Origin: Macrostomum lignano
Taxonomy: Eukaryota
Direction: 5' to 3'
NCBI GenBank assembly: GCA_002269645.1
Contig: NIVC01000765.1
Coordinates: 62,001 to 126,000, forward strand
DNA length: 64,000 nt
Each line of letters begins with the position of its first letter. The stretch's first letter is position 1. The notes beneath the pieces were generated by a model. The model saw nothing but the letters and a program-made list of their open reading frames with translations, searched no databases and was not told the origin of the DNA. Below are positions 62,640 to 64,000 of this stretch, one piece after another. Made by a program: the position numbers and the translations under genes.

Positions 62640-63620
62640 TCTAGGAATTTAGGGGGATTCCTAAGGGGAATTGGGGGATAATCTTAAGGGGAATTTAGGG
62701 CGATTCTTAAGGGGAATTCGGGGAGATTCTTAGGGGAATTACGGGGGGAGAACCTTAAAGTGAATTGGGAGAGATTCTTAAGAGGAATTGGGTACATTCT
62801 TTAGGGAATTAGGAGAGATTCTTAGGGGGAATTGGGGAAGATTCTTAAGGGGGATTGGGGGAGATGTTTAGGGGAAGTTAGGGCGATTCTTAAAGGGAAT
62901 TAGGAGAGATTCTTATGGGGAATTGGGGAAGATTCTTAAAGGGAATTAGGAGAGATTCTTATGGGGAATTGGGGAAGATTCTTAAAGTGAATTGGGAGAG
63001 ATTCTTATGGGGAATTGGGGAAGATTCTTAAAGGGAATTAGGAGAGATTCTTATGGGGAATTGGGGAAGATTCTTAAAGTGAATTGAGAGAGATTCTTAT
63101 GGGGAATTGGAGAAGATTCTTAAAGGGAATTAGGAGAGATTCTTATGGGGAATTGGGGAAGATTCTTAAAGTGAATTGGGAGAGATTCTTAAGAGGAATT
63201 GGGTACATTCTTTAGGGAATTAGGAGAGATTCTTAGGGGGAATTGGGGAAGATTCTTAAGGGGAATTGGGGGAGATGTTTAGGGGAAGTTAGGGCGATTC
63301 TTAAGGGGAATTCGGGGAGATTCTTAGGGGAATTGGGGGAGAATCTTAAGATTGGGGAATTAGAGATTCTTAAGGGAATTGGGGAGATTCTTAAGGGGAA
63401 TTAGAAGATATTCTTAAGGGGAATTGGGAGATTCTTAAGGGGAATTGGGAGAGATTCTTAAGGGGAATTAGGAGAGATTCTTAAGGGGAATTGGGAGAGA
63501 TTCTTTAGGGAATTGAGAGAGATTCTTCAGGGGAATTAGGGAAACATTTTAAGAGGAATCGAAGGAGAATCTTACGCTCGAAGGGGAATTGGGGGAGAAT
63601 ATTAAGGGAAATCTTGAGCA
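62640..63620. repeat. Purine-rich tandem repeat (GGGGAATTGGGAGAGATTCTTAA-type) in a Dscam intron
   Basis: Direct reading. Confidence 0.92.
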
Positions 63621-63683
63621 GACATTTAGTAGGTAGGCCGCGGAGCAACTGCCGCTAAGAGTCCCCATAGATCAGGGGCTTAC

Positions 63684-63896
63684 TGGACTCCAGTGTGCGC
63701 ACTCGAACACAGTTTGGTGGACCGGCGCCAACCGCGTTGAGCGGCGTCAGCCGAACCTGGTACTCGTGAACGCTTTCAACGGGTTGTGCTCGCTAAAGCA
63801 GATCGCCGGGCCGAGTGAGCCGGCGGCGCCTCCGCCAGGTCTGCTGTCGCTGCGCGGCCCGATGAAGGCCGCGGTGCCGGGGCAGCGGAACTGCAC
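63684..63896 (-). CDS. Dscam: Dscam-like exon: FN3 C-half, with an apparent 1-nt frameshift near 63766
   Basis: LKAF(T)EYQVRLTPLNAVGAGPP..VRTLES reads across two frames; GTAAG donor at 63683. The gene continues beyond 64000. Confidence 0.75.
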
Positions 63897-64000
63897 CTGC
63901 GGCAGGTGCGGAAGATGCAGAGGCTGAGAGGACTCAGAGAAGCATAGGAAAAATGTCAATACTGTTTTATTGACGCCAAGGTTCGAGCTTTTGAAGTCTA

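Overview
Animal (eukaryotic) genomic DNA with GT-AG introns, GC-rich exons full of poly-Gln/Ala tracts, and introns and spacers largely made of locus-specific tandem repeats. This style resembles the flatworm Macrostomum (inference, not proven). Plus-strand genes: an Ack/TNK2-type tyrosine kinase (SAM-kinase-SH3-CRIB-UBA, 7 exons visible, 5' end outside the window), an NTMT1 N-terminal methyltransferase (2 exons), a compact 200-aa phytochelatin-synthase-like papain-fold protein (2 exons), an intronless stomatin/SPFH gene, and two near-identical secreted fibrinogen-domain (FReD) genes 9.7 kb apart. Minus strand: the 3' half of a Dscam-like receptor (10 exons). Mobile DNA: two LOA/Lian-like RT-RNase H LINEs, two related solo LTRs with 4-bp TSDs, two tRNA-derived CORE-like SINEs, nested THAP-bearing P-superfamily elements, two MITEs, and a Penelope-like element with an inverted pseudo-LTR carrying a minimal hammerhead ribozyme. 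Most long ORFs in the track are translations of tandem repeats and are not genes. Best leads: the PCS-like enzyme with Lys at the oxyanion-hole Gln position and its CCAAT/TATA repeat array, the hammerhead, the frame-compensated FReD duplicates, and the P-into-P nest.
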